From assembly GCA_041661265.1 (NCBI GenBank), contig JBAZUT010000003.1, positions 79,191 through 143,190 of the forward strand: 64,000 bases of DNA, given 5' to 3'. Numbering within the stretch: the first letter of the stretch is position 1; each line of letters begins with the position of its first letter. This document shows positions 24,101-33,475 of the stretch, piece after piece. This DNA comes from Minisyncoccota bacterium (lineage in GTDB: Bacteria > Patescibacteriota > Minisyncoccia > JAHIHE01 > JAGLIN01). The notes under the pieces were generated by a model, which saw only the letters and a program-made list of their open reading frames with translations, was not told the origin of the DNA and did not search any database. The position numbers and the translations under genes are program-made.

Positions 24101-25369
24101 TTATTTTAAACTTAAGATGCCGTTTATCGGCGCATTATCCTCAAATGGTCCGATAAGGGCCAAGTTGAGCTTTTTATCGACGAATATATCCTCAGAAACT
24201 CTCTTGATATCCTTCGCACTGACTGAGTCTATTTTATCAAATTTCTCTTCGGGGGTCAAAATCTTTCCCGAATAGAGTTCCTGCATCGCGACAAAGCTCG
24301 CCATTGAATCAGATGATTCAAGAGCTATGGTCGTTCGGCCTTTGAGATATGTCTTTGCCTTGCTGAGTTCATCTGCATCAACACCGAAGTCTCTTATTCT
24401 TTTGTATTCATCGAGAATTATTTTGATCGCTTTTATGCTTTTTTCGTTGCTGAGTCCGGCCTGAGTGACCAAATATCCGACGTCTTTATAGCTTTCCGCG
24501 CTTGTATGGATATAATATGCAAGACCGTTCTTTTCCCTGACCGACGTAAAAAGCCGCGAACTCATGTTCCCTCCCAGTATCGCGCTCAAGATGCTCATTG
24601 CATATTTATTCTCGCTCTCGATCCCATATGCCCTTACGCCTATGCAAATGTGCGTTTGATCCGTTTTTCTGTTATTCACGAGCAAGTTTGGCTGAGATTG
24701 ATCATCATGAGCGCTGGCCTGATCCGGAGATCTGCGGTCCGATATGCCCATAAAATATTTGCCGATCTTCGACTCGACTTGTTTTTCATTTATCTTTCCG
24801 CAGACAGCGATCACGATATTGTCCGCAGAGTAATAGTCATTATAATATTTCACAAAATCTTCCCTTTTTACAGAATTGATCGTTTCGCGGTTTCCGATCT
24901 CGTCAAAACCCAAAGGCTGGTCTTTATATAAAACACTTTCATACAACGTCGGAACGTACATCATTGGATTGTCGAGATACATATTCATTTCCTCGATTAT
25001 CGTCCCTCGCTCCTTATTGATCTCCGATTGGTCAAATTTTGAATTCAGAACAATATCCGAAATGACGTCTGCGGCAAGATCGAAATTCGATGCATCAACT
25101 TTCACCCAAAATCCGGTATATTCCTTTCCCGTAAATGCGTTGTATACTCCTCCAACCCTGTCCAATTCCTTGGAGATATCGAGCGTTGTCGGCCTTTTTG
25201 CCGTTCCCTTGAAAAACATATGCTCAAGAAAATGAGATATTCCGCGGATATTCTCCGACTCGTTCTTCGATCCGGTTCTCACCAGCAGCAGGATAGTGAC
25301 CGTATTTGTATGTTCAAGCGGAACCGTAATGAGCTTCGAACCGCCGGAAAGCAAAGATTTTTTATACAT
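24101..25369 (-). CDS. M16-family zinc peptidase (pitrilysin/insulinase-like)
   Basis: Inverted zinc motif GISHFLEHMFFKGT plus ENESENIRG. 422 aa. Confidence 0.8.
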   Translation of the reverse strand: MYKKSLLSGGSKLITVPLEHTNTVTILLLVRTGSKNESENIRGISHFLEHMFFKGTAKRPTTLDISKELDRVGGVYNAFTGKEYTGFWVKVDASNFDLAADVISDIVLNSKFDQSEINKERGTIIEEMNMYLDNPMMYVPTLYESVLYKDQPLGFDEIGNRETINSVKREDFVKYYNDYYSADNIVIAVCGKINEKQVESKIGKYFMGISDRRSPDQASAHDDQSQPNLLVNNRKTDQTHICIGVRAYGIESENKYAMSILSAILGGNMSSRLFTSVREKNGLAYYIHTSAESYKDVGYLVTQAGLSNEKSIKAIKIILDEYKRIRDFGVDADELSKAKTYLKGRTTIALESSDSMASFVAMQELYSGKILTPEEKFDKIDSVSAKDIKRVSEDIFVDKKLNLALIGPFEDNAPINGILSLK

Positions 25370-25688
25370 GTTTTGGATATATAATTAAAAATAACGCAAA
25401 AGGCCGATAACTAGCAGCTTCTAAATGATACGAACTGAAATTGACTAAGCCGTAAACTTTTTAGCTTACGGAGAGGAGAGAGATTGTTTGCCAACTACAG
25501 TACGATTAGAATGCCGCTAGCTCTCGACCTTTTGCGCTCAATAAGCATTGAAATCACCATTTGTATTAGATATTATATGATTTAGCACGGTATATGTCAA
25601 TATTTAAAAAAATATATCGCTCGTGTGCCTTGCCATGTTCCGATTTATTGTGTTAAATTTATATATAGCAAATAAATAAGAAAAGATA

Positions 25689-26447
25689 ATGCATCAGGAA
25701 ATCACATTCATAGGGCATTCTACCATATTGATAGATATCGAAGGCTTCAAGATCATAACGGATCCGATTTTTTCAAAATGGGTATATGGAATACCGCGTG
25801 CCAAAAAAGTTAACATAGAAATTGACGATCTCAAGAACGACGTTGATCTTATTTTGATATCGCATGCGCACAAAGATCATCTGAACAAAAAAAGTTTGAA
25901 TCATTTTCAAAAGGATATTCCCATTGCATCGCACAGCGACAACAAGAAATATATCAGTAAATGCAAATTCACGAACATACTCCAATTCGCCTATTGGGAA
26001 TCAAAACTTTTCAATAAAGACGCGATCCGGGTCACATCGGTTCCGGCATATCATGGAAAAACTTTGCCATGGGGACCGATCGGAACCTCAGGGGGATTCG
26101 TGATCGAATCAACAGATAAAACTATATATTTTGCCGGAGACACCGCATATGATTCCGGATTATTCAAGACGATCAGGACGAAATTCGACATAGATGTTCT
26201 ATTGATGCCGATCGGAGCGTATTCGCCTCGATGGATGCTCAGAAACGAGCACACCAATCCCGATGAAGCGCTGAAAACGATGCATGTACTGAAAGCCAAA
26301 ACAATGATTCCGATCCACTGGGGCTCATATATGTTCGCGCTTGATACTCCCAAACAGCCTATCAGAATACTGAAAAAGAGGATAATGGGCACGAATCTTG
26401 AAAAAAAGGTGCGCATTCTGAAAAACGGTGAAAGTATGAGCCTGTAA
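25689..26447 (+). CDS. MBL-fold metallo-hydrolase
   Basis: LILISHAHKDHL motif, 252 aa. Confidence 0.7.
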   Translation: MHQEITFIGHSTILIDIEGFKIITDPIFSKWVYGIPRAKKVNIEIDDLKNDVDLILISHAHKDHLNKKSLNHFQKDIPIASHSDNKKYISKCKFTNILQFAYWESKLFNKDAIRVTSVPAYHGKTLPWGPIGTSGGFVIESTDKTIYFAGDTAYDSGLFKTIRTKFDIDVLLMPIGAYSPRWMLRNEHTNPDEALKTMHVLKAKTMIPIHWGSYMFALDTPKQPIRILKKRIMGTNLEKKVRILKNGESMSL

Positions 26448-26628
26448 AAGACCGCAAGTATTGACAAATCTAATATTATGTATAATAATGTATTTACGCT
26501 TTAAGACACAATAATCAGACAAAGCATGGACTCTGCACACAATATAATGATGATGATGGATATGATGATGAACCACTTCAATGAGAGTTGGCGCTTTTAG
26601 ATTTCAGATCAAGACAAAGAGCAAAAGG

Positions 26629-26653
26629 CCGATTCTCCGGAATCGGTTATTTT
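26629..26653 (+). terminator. rho-independent terminator (CCGATTC/GAATCGG stem + TTATTTT)
   Basis: 7-bp stem, 4-nt loop, T-rich tail downstream of the MBL hydrolase gene. Confidence 0.5.
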
Positions 26654-26726
26654 AGTTCATTCAATGATTTCCATTTCAATATTGAATCGCGGATTAGATG
26701 AATAAATAATCAATAATATATAATAC

Positions 26727-27524
26727 ATGCAAATTACGATCATAAACGACTGCCAGGATCAAAACGCCAAATTAAGACAAGTGACAAGGGCGGGCTCATA
26801 TTTTAAGAATGCTTCCGTGAATTGCTTCGGCGTCAGTTCAGAGCTCGAAGCGGCGGGGTTTCTTTTGGATGCCATAGACGCTTTTGAGGGAAGGGAAGGA
26901 ATAGTCCTCGCAAACGTCGCTCCAAGGAACGGAAGCGCGCATAAATGGAAGAATGGCACTCCTTTCGGATATTTTTGGTACAAAAAAACTTTGGTGGTTA
27001 CGACAATCGACGGGATGATCCTTTCTCTTGCAAAAAAATACGGCGTGATCGATAAGCTTTATGTCCTTGAGATCAAAGAAGTGCTGGAAGCCATTAAAAG
27101 AAGCGAATTGAGCGACGAAGTGAAAGGCCGGATCATTTCAAGCCAATTCAGAAGCTATGACTTTCTTCCGAGAGCCGCCTATTGGATAAAGAAAAAGATA
27201 AAACTGCCCAAAACCGAATTTGACCTAAACCTTATTCCGGAGATCCCAAAAAAGATCTGGTTCACGGACAACTTTGGAAATGCAAAAACCACCATCGACA
27301 GCGCATCTGCCGATGACAGAAAAAGAATAACCGTCAGGATCAACGGCAATGCTGTTGAATTGAATTACTACAAATGTCTTCGCGACCTCAAAGATGGAGA
27401 AACCGGACTAGTACAAGGAAGTTCGGGAGTTTTCGGACACAGATTTTTGGAGATCATGACTCAAGGAAAAAATACTTCTCATCTGTTGAACATCAAAGCA
27501 GGGGATGATGTGGAGATATTATAA
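26727..27524 (+). CDS. SAM hydrolase / SAM-dependent halogenase family (DUF62)-like protein
   Basis: 265 aa. C-terminal FTDNFGNAKTTID resembles the DrFGN motif of the DUF62 C-domain. N-terminal match is weak. Confidence 0.4.
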   Translation: MQITIINDCQDQNAKLRQVTRAGSYFKNASVNCFGVSSELEAAGFLLDAIDAFEGREGIVLANVAPRNGSAHKWKNGTPFGYFWYKKTLVVTTIDGMILSLAKKYGVIDKLYVLEIKEVLEAIKRSELSDEVKGRIISSQFRSYDFLPRAAYWIKKKIKLPKTEFDLNLIPEIPKKIWFTDNFGNAKTTIDSASADDRKRITVRINGNAVELNYYKCLRDLKDGETGLVQGSSGVFGHRFLEIMTQGKNTSHLLNIKAGDDVEIL

Positions 27525-27657
27525 CAAATTTACAATTTTAAATTTACAATTTTCAATAAATGACTGAATATCCAAATGTTCAATGGGATCGGAATAACTC
27601 GACTCATGAGTACATTTACTTGAAAAGTAACAATGCTTTATAAAATTCTTCATTTCA

Positions 27658-28533
27658 TTAATTCGCCTTTGCGCATGAGTTGAACGCATCGACCTCGGCA
27701 TTATAAGTCGTAACATAGTTTTTGGTTTCCTTTATCAGAGCATTAATATCCGACACCATCTGGTTATATCTTCTCACGTTCTTATTATAAACCGCGATAT
27801 CGCCTTCCGATCGAGGATTGGAGCTGTCAATGATGTCTTTCAAGCCATTTATTGAAGCTTCCGCCGAAGTTATCGTTGTATTATTCTGATCAATTTTCTG
27901 CTTCAATGCCGTGTCTATTTTCGGACAAGCGGATAACGGAAGCGCAAAGACTTGGATCGCCATCCATGTTTCATTTTTCTCATATTGTCCTTTTTGCACA
28001 GCTATTCCTATTTCGGCATATCTCCCGTTGAGTATATTTGCGCGATGTCCCGGGCTGTTCATCCATGCATCGACGAGAGCTTTGTCGCCGTCGAAATTCC
28101 CAAGAGCGATATTCTCTCCGATCGTGATATACTCATAGCCATATTCCTTTGCAACATCTGAAACGCCTATTCCGGAAGGAGATATGTGCTCAAAATATTG
28201 TTCCTTGAACATATCATCGAGCCGCAATTGCGCAATTGCGTCCAATTTTGCATTCTCCTTCAGAGCTGTCAGTCCGCCGTTTGCATTACGCATATCATTA
28301 GTCCATTTCAGGACTCCGGAAATTGTAAGATTTGTTCTGGTGTTATATCCGTTAGAATATTTCAGGGGAGGCGGACTGTTTATTTCTTTTTCAATTTCTG
28401 AAATTATATTTTTTGTATCTTCGATCGGAAAATTAAAATCAATTTTTTTTATACCATAATAATTCATTCCGAAATAAACCGACCCAACGACCGTCAACAA
28501 CAATACAATGCCGAAGAATGTTTTTTTAATCAT
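27658..28533 (-). CDS. CAP/SCP/PR1-like domain protein with N-terminal membrane anchor
   Basis: DAWMNSPGHRANILNGRYAEIGIAV matches the CAP-domain signature. Hydrophobic N-terminus. Confidence 0.7.
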   Translation of the reverse strand: MIKKTFFGIVLLLTVVGSVYFGMNYYGIKKIDFNFPIEDTKNIISEIEKEINSPPPLKYSNGYNTRTNLTISGVLKWTNDMRNANGGLTALKENAKLDAIAQLRLDDMFKEQYFEHISPSGIGVSDVAKEYGYEYITIGENIALGNFDGDKALVDAWMNSPGHRANILNGRYAEIGIAVQKGQYEKNETWMAIQVFALPLSACPKIDTALKQKIDQNNTTITSAEASINGLKDIIDSSNPRSEGDIAVYNKNVRRYNQMVSDINALIKETKNYVTTYNAEVDAFNSCAKAN

Positions 28534-29118
28534 AGAATATATTTACGTGCGCCATATTTATGCATTTATTATACTTGCGATATATATTAATACAAGTCTA
28601 TACAATAACTACATATTGTAGTAGTTTATCAAAAGAACATTCTCAAAATAAAATTCTTTTTCGCATTTCAAATAATGCCGTATTTTGGCTTCAATTAGTG
28701 CCAAATATCTGTGGATAAGTCAATGCTTGACACTGCTTTTTATAATGAGATAATGATAACACAACAACATCGTTGGGCAGCGAAATTCAAAAATTTATAA
28801 ACGATATTGCACGACTGGTTCATATGCTGAAATGATCGATCCGGAAAGTTAGAATAGTCTTCTAGCGAGAGGCGACCATGACAAACTGAAAGTTTAAATC
28901 TGGTTGTTTTTGTTTACTGAATTTTATCTGACGAAGTTTCGTTTTTATGCACCTGGAGCTTTAGTTTCAGATCAATCGGATCAGAGGCATAAAGATCCAT
29001 TACGGCCGGCCTCCGAATTTAAGTTATGCAAAATATTTATTATCTTTCAGATATCATATATAGTATAAAGAATCGATTCAAAGTTTTGGAAGTATCATTT
29101 ATTTTATAAAGCAAAAAA

Positions 29119-29319
29119 ATGGCATGCAATAATGATGACTTTGAACCAATGTGCGTTTCGACCGAAGAAAGAGAAGTGATACATGATCTCCGCAATTTGG
29201 AATTCGGAAGGATATCGGTTTTCATTCAGAACGGCGTGATGATTAACAAGGAGATCACAAAAACGATCAAGAACAACAAGCATTCGCATCGGGAAGGATA
29301 TATCCAGGAAAAATATTAA
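29119..29319 (+). CDS. DUF2292 (YezD-like) small protein
   Basis: 66 aa. FGRISVFIQNGVMINKEITKTIK matches the DUF2292 core (GSVxIxxHDGxVVQIxxxEK). Confidence 0.5.
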   Translation: MACNNDDFEPMCVSTEEREVIHDLRNLEFGRISVFIQNGVMINKEITKTIKNNKHSHREGYIQEKY

Positions 29320-29821
29320 AAATTTCGCCTGACAGCAAACTGAGTCCCGAGGTCTCGGGATGACAGACAACTGAGGGCTCGCATAGTCAATCTACTTTTT
29401 TTGAAGTGGTTGGCGGTTGCGGGCCCTTTTTGTAATAACGATCCGCAAGCGACAGATGACAGTATATTAATTAATAATGTTAAGCTGGTTTGAAAATCAA
29501 ACTACCGGCATTTAACATATATAAAGGTCGGAGTTGTTTATTTAAACCCTAAAGGTAATTAATTAACTTTAATTATATATGAGGGTGAAAGGTTTAAATA
29601 AGTAACTTAAAAAACTTTTATCAGTTAAATAAAAAAACTTCTGCCGAAGTTCAAAATATGGATCTTTGTAGATGTAACGCCTTTTTCGAAAGGTTTTACG
29701 AGGAAAGCGAGGCAATCCCGAATTCTCGGGACTGCCAAGCGGTGAAATCCTCGCAATTCATCACTAACATAATATTTATATTTTGTCAATATGTAGGCGG
29801 AAGCTTAAAAGGAAAATTACA

Positions 29822-30943
29822 ATGAAAACGAAAACAATGAAAAAGTTCGTTGCACTCTCGGTCATGTTTGCGATGAGCTTGAGCTTCAGTTCAACCGTAT
29901 TGGCGCAATCAACGATCGGAACCGGCCTAACTGCTGATGTCAGCGGCGGCGCTACTCCTATTGTGAAAGCGAAATGGGAAGCAAATGCGCAGGACAGATA
30001 CACAGATGCAAGCACAGCGGCAGGAGCGCAATTTTTGCCGTCAGGACAATACAATATGCATAAATCAATTGCAATATGCGCAGTTGTAACCGATCCGGAC
30101 GGACTTGCAGACATCGACAATGTGTATGCCGATGTATTCTATCCAAATGTTGCATTAGGTTCCAGCCATGTAGCGCTCCCGAATCAGTCAGGTGATGGCT
30201 GCGGAGCGTTCATGCAGGAAGATCTTTTGGTCAGACTCCCTAAAGCCGATGGCATTGCGCTATTCTGCGACAGGGTGAGGAATAACAACAATAATCTTCC
30301 GACATTCAACACGGCACCGATAGCTTATAGCTATGACGAAATTTGCGGCGCAACAGGAGAATTGGAGAAAGACACGGCTGCCGTTTATTGCGGTGAAAAA
30401 GAGATCTCATATGAGGATCCTTCGGGAGATTATGAGGTTTGGGCGATCGGACAGGATAAGAATGGTTTGCAGGGAAAACTTGTGAATCATTTCACTTATC
30501 TTCCAATGACCGCATTTGAGACTGATTTCAATCAGGTCGCATATGGAAATGTCAGACTGAACACTCACAAGATCATCGCCGGCGACTTGACTTGGGATGT
30601 CTTGAATCAGGGAAGAGCTTCAGTGAGAAACGTCGGAAACACCAGGTTGGTCATGAAGATCTGGCAGAATGATATGGGACTCGGCAAGACTAGCGGACTC
30701 TGGAATGTGAAATATGACGCCAGGGTCGGAAGTGCTTCAACATACGCGGTCTATGATCCGGAAACAACAAACGTATTGGATGATGAATTAGACTTGTCAG
30801 AATTGGACGAAATGGATTTCTCCATCGACATTTCAAAATTCCCTCCGACGCATGTTGGATCGAACTACACCGGAACAATGACATTGAGCGCAGATTCGCT
30901 TCCTCATTTAGTATGCGAGGAGACTCCAGGTCAGGTTCAGTAA
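29822..30943 (+). CDS. secreted protein, paralog A of a tandem pair (signal peptide, conserved Cys pattern)
   Basis: Signal peptide MKTKTMKKFVALSVMFAMSLSFSSTVLA (ORF opens at 29783; ATG at 29822 has an AAAGGAAAA RBS). Collinear with 31080-32354: KWEAN...TDA..AAGAQF.PSG.Y...KSIA.CA.V, DPSGDY, NVGNTRL, LSA...PHL.CE. Confidence 0.6.
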   Translation: MKTKTMKKFVALSVMFAMSLSFSSTVLAQSTIGTGLTADVSGGATPIVKAKWEANAQDRYTDASTAAGAQFLPSGQYNMHKSIAICAVVTDPDGLADIDNVYADVFYPNVALGSSHVALPNQSGDGCGAFMQEDLLVRLPKADGIALFCDRVRNNNNNLPTFNTAPIAYSYDEICGATGELEKDTAAVYCGEKEISYEDPSGDYEVWAIGQDKNGLQGKLVNHFTYLPMTAFETDFNQVAYGNVRLNTHKIIAGDLTWDVLNQGRASVRNVGNTRLVMKIWQNDMGLGKTSGLWNVKYDARVGSASTYAVYDPETTNVLDDELDLSELDEMDFSIDISKFPPTHVGSNYTGTMTLSADSLPHLVCEETPGQVQ

Positions 30944-31079
30944 TACGACTGAAACAATTGAAGTTTAATGTATTGCAGGGGGCGGCGACAAGCCGCCTCC
31001 GGAGAGGCTTGAAGCTAAATTATTTTGTTTTTGGTTTCAGACTTCTCGATAATTTATAATCAATAGAAAGCGAGGTATT

Positions 31080-32354
31080 ATGAAAATTAAACGCGCCGTA
31101 AAGCAAATATTCATAATAAGAAAACTATTGAAAACAGGTTTCAAAGTATCAGCTATTGCGGTGTTTGCATTTATTTCCTGCATTTATACATCCGTAAATG
31201 CCCAAGACCTTGAATTTTTAGGTGTGGCATCTGCTGACATCATTGTGGCAAATAGTGATATTGGCGAAAGCGCCAGCTCGACTTTTATAACCGAAGACAT
31301 CGTCGCAACCAATGATATTTCGGAAAGTGCGAGTTCGACTTTTATAATTCCGCAGGATGATAAGCATATATCAATTGGCCTGGATCCCGACTCTTCAAGT
31401 ATCCAGTCTCCGATCATCATGGCGAAATGGGAAGCGAATTCGGACAGATTTACGGATGCGGATGCGGCTGCCGGAGCTCAGTTTATGCCCTCAGGCCGTT
31501 ATGGGATCAATAAATCCATCGCATTCTGCGCAATTGTGGAAAATTCGGACGCCGCTGGCGCCGTTTATGCGGACGTTTACTATCCCGTAGGCGTGGCTCT
31601 TGGAAGCAGCTATACATCACTTCAGGGCCGATCCGGACTCGGTTGCGGAAAGATCATGCAAGAGCAGGGATTATTAAGGATTAATAAGGAATCAGGCATT
31701 GAACTTTTTTGCAATAAAATTAGGAATACAAATAATAATCTGCCTTCATTTGGAGCCGGATATGATTATGGAATTGCGTGCAACAATGAAGGAAGTTTGA
31801 TGAAAGAGACAGCTGCGGTTTATTGCGGTCTCAGGGACATTTCATATGGAGATCCTTCCGGCGATTATATTGTAAGGACTGTTGCCGATCAACCAAACGG
31901 GACAAGCAGCACTATAGAAGACATGTTCACATATTTTCCCGTTACGGCTTTTGAAACGGATTTTGATTCTATCGACTATGGCAAAGTGAAGCTGAATTCT
32001 AAAAAGGTTATCAGCGGAGATGCCATATTCGACATTACAACGATTAACAAACCGACAGTTCGAAATGTCGGCAACACGAGGCTTACTATGAGAATCGTCG
32101 AAGATGATATAGGACTTGGCAAGACATATGAAGATTGGAATGTGCGGTTTGATGCAAGAGTCGGAAATGTATCGGCATTTACGATCTTTGAACCGAATAC
32201 GCCTACTTTGCTCAATGACTCGCTCGGACTTTTGGATACGGAAAATATCGATTTCTCAGTGAATATATTCAGATTTCCGGAATCAGTCCGGGAAAGACTC
32301 GGAGGATCGATGATGCTGAGCGCAGAAGCCGCGCCACACCTTGCTTGCGAATAA
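31080..32354 (+). CDS. secreted protein, paralog B of tandem pair (contains internal 16-aa tandem repeat)
   Basis: 424 aa with N-terminal TM/signal. Repeat DIGESASSTFITEDIVATNDISESASSTFI at nt about 31262-31350. Same conserved blocks as paralog A. Confidence 0.6.
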   Translation: MKIKRAVKQIFIIRKLLKTGFKVSAIAVFAFISCIYTSVNAQDLEFLGVASADIIVANSDIGESASSTFITEDIVATNDISESASSTFIIPQDDKHISIGLDPDSSSIQSPIIMAKWEANSDRFTDADAAAGAQFMPSGRYGINKSIAFCAIVENSDAAGAVYADVYYPVGVALGSSYTSLQGRSGLGCGKIMQEQGLLRINKESGIELFCNKIRNTNNNLPSFGAGYDYGIACNNEGSLMKETAAVYCGLRDISYGDPSGDYIVRTVADQPNGTSSTIEDMFTYFPVTAFETDFDSIDYGKVKLNSKKVISGDAIFDITTINKPTVRNVGNTRLTMRIVEDDIGLGKTYEDWNVRFDARVGNVSAFTIFEPNTPTLLNDSLGLLDTENIDFSVNIFRFPESVRERLGGSMMLSAEAAPHLACE

Positions 32355-32404
32355 TACGAAATGTCAACGTTCCAGACAGAATACTCTTATAATTAATTAA
32401 ATCT

Positions 32405-33421
32405 ATGTACAAAAAAATGATGATCAGCATGACGAGAATACGATGCTTTCTTGTAGCAGTTTTTGTGGTCGCCGCATTGATACCGATCGAGACTCTTGGG
32501 ATCGGACAAACCACTGACCCTATCGCAATAAAAAATGCGCTGAGAGGAAATGAATACCAGCAGACCATGATCATAGTCAACACTGAAAAAACCGATTCGA
32601 CGATTGCGTTCGCCGCTCATGGAGACATTGATAAATGGGCTACATTCTATAAATTCAACGATTTCAGCACTCAACTGAGCGATGTCGTATTGAAAACGGG
32701 AGAGGTTCGCAATGTCAGCGTAGTATTCAAAATTCCTCAGGACACGCCCAATGGCGAATACAAAGGATTCATCAGTGCAGTCAAGAAAAATGATTCTTCA
32801 AGCTCAAGTGAAGGATCAAGCACTTCCGTTTCACAGGAAATAAACAGGGAGGTCACTATTGATGTAAATGATAATGAAGTTGTATCGTTCGAAGTCTCAG
32901 TCATTCCCAAGACATATGACCTTGTAAAAGGCGAGATGCTTGAGATCAGGCTTGTTTATGATAATAGAGGAAATACGAACATCACTCCTCAAGCCCAGAT
33001 CAAGATAAGGAAAGACGATCAGACCGTATATAATTCGATATATCCTTATCCGGAAAATGAACCGGGTGTGAAACCGGGAGCGGTATATGAAATTCCGGCT
33101 ATCCAGATCCCAACCAATAATTTCGAGAAAGGAAAGTTCCGCGCGGAAATGAATTTTCTTGTTGACGGAAAAATGATATTCGAAAAGAAATTCGGATTTT
33201 CCGTCGACATGCTGGGCGCCGACGACCAGGCCGGACTCGTTCTCGGGGCCAATGATAAAAACCTCATAAAAGGCATCACTGACATCGGCTTGCCTTTATA
33301 TGCGATCTTGGCATTATTCGTCATTGCAGGTATTTCTTTGATCTATAGAAAAAGCAAGCAAATGAAAAAGGTCCAAGTGATTCAAAAAGATATTTCCGAT
33401 GTCGCTGACGTGCAGCAATAA
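32405..33421 (+). CDS. cell-surface beta-rich protein with signal peptide and C-terminal TM anchor
   Basis: 338 aa. N-terminal hydrophobic signal, Ser-rich linker, CARDB/Ig-like stretches, C-terminal LPLYAILALFVIAGISLIYRKSKQ anchor. Confidence 0.5.
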   Translation: MYKKMMISMTRIRCFLVAVFVVAALIPIETLGIGQTTDPIAIKNALRGNEYQQTMIIVNTEKTDSTIAFAAHGDIDKWATFYKFNDFSTQLSDVVLKTGEVRNVSVVFKIPQDTPNGEYKGFISAVKKNDSSSSSEGSSTSVSQEINREVTIDVNDNEVVSFEVSVIPKTYDLVKGEMLEIRLVYDNRGNTNITPQAQIKIRKDDQTVYNSIYPYPENEPGVKPGAVYEIPAIQIPTNNFEKGKFRAEMNFLVDGKMIFEKKFGFSVDMLGADDQAGLVLGANDKNLIKGITDIGLPLYAILALFVIAGISLIYRKSKQMKKVQVIQKDISDVADVQQ

Positions 33422-33475
33422 AGCCAATGTTTTCAAATAGGATGATTAGGGGGGATTAACAATAACCGTAAACGT

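Noticed and set aside
25370-25688. Possible tmRNA in the 320-nt divergent intergenic region (minus-strand reading GCAAAAGGTCGAGAGCTAGCGGCATTCTAA = AKGRELAAF*, tag-like)
   Set aside because: No tRNA-like acceptor/T-arm (GGTTCGAnTCC) or 5' GGGG start could be found around it. The region is better explained as a divergent promoter region between the M16 peptidase and MBL hydrolase genes.
27530-27570. Short tandem repeat AAATTTACAATTTT x2 between convergent genes
   Set aside because: Only two copies in an AT-rich convergent intergenic region. Probably part of a terminator or low-complexity spacer, not a CRISPR or other array.
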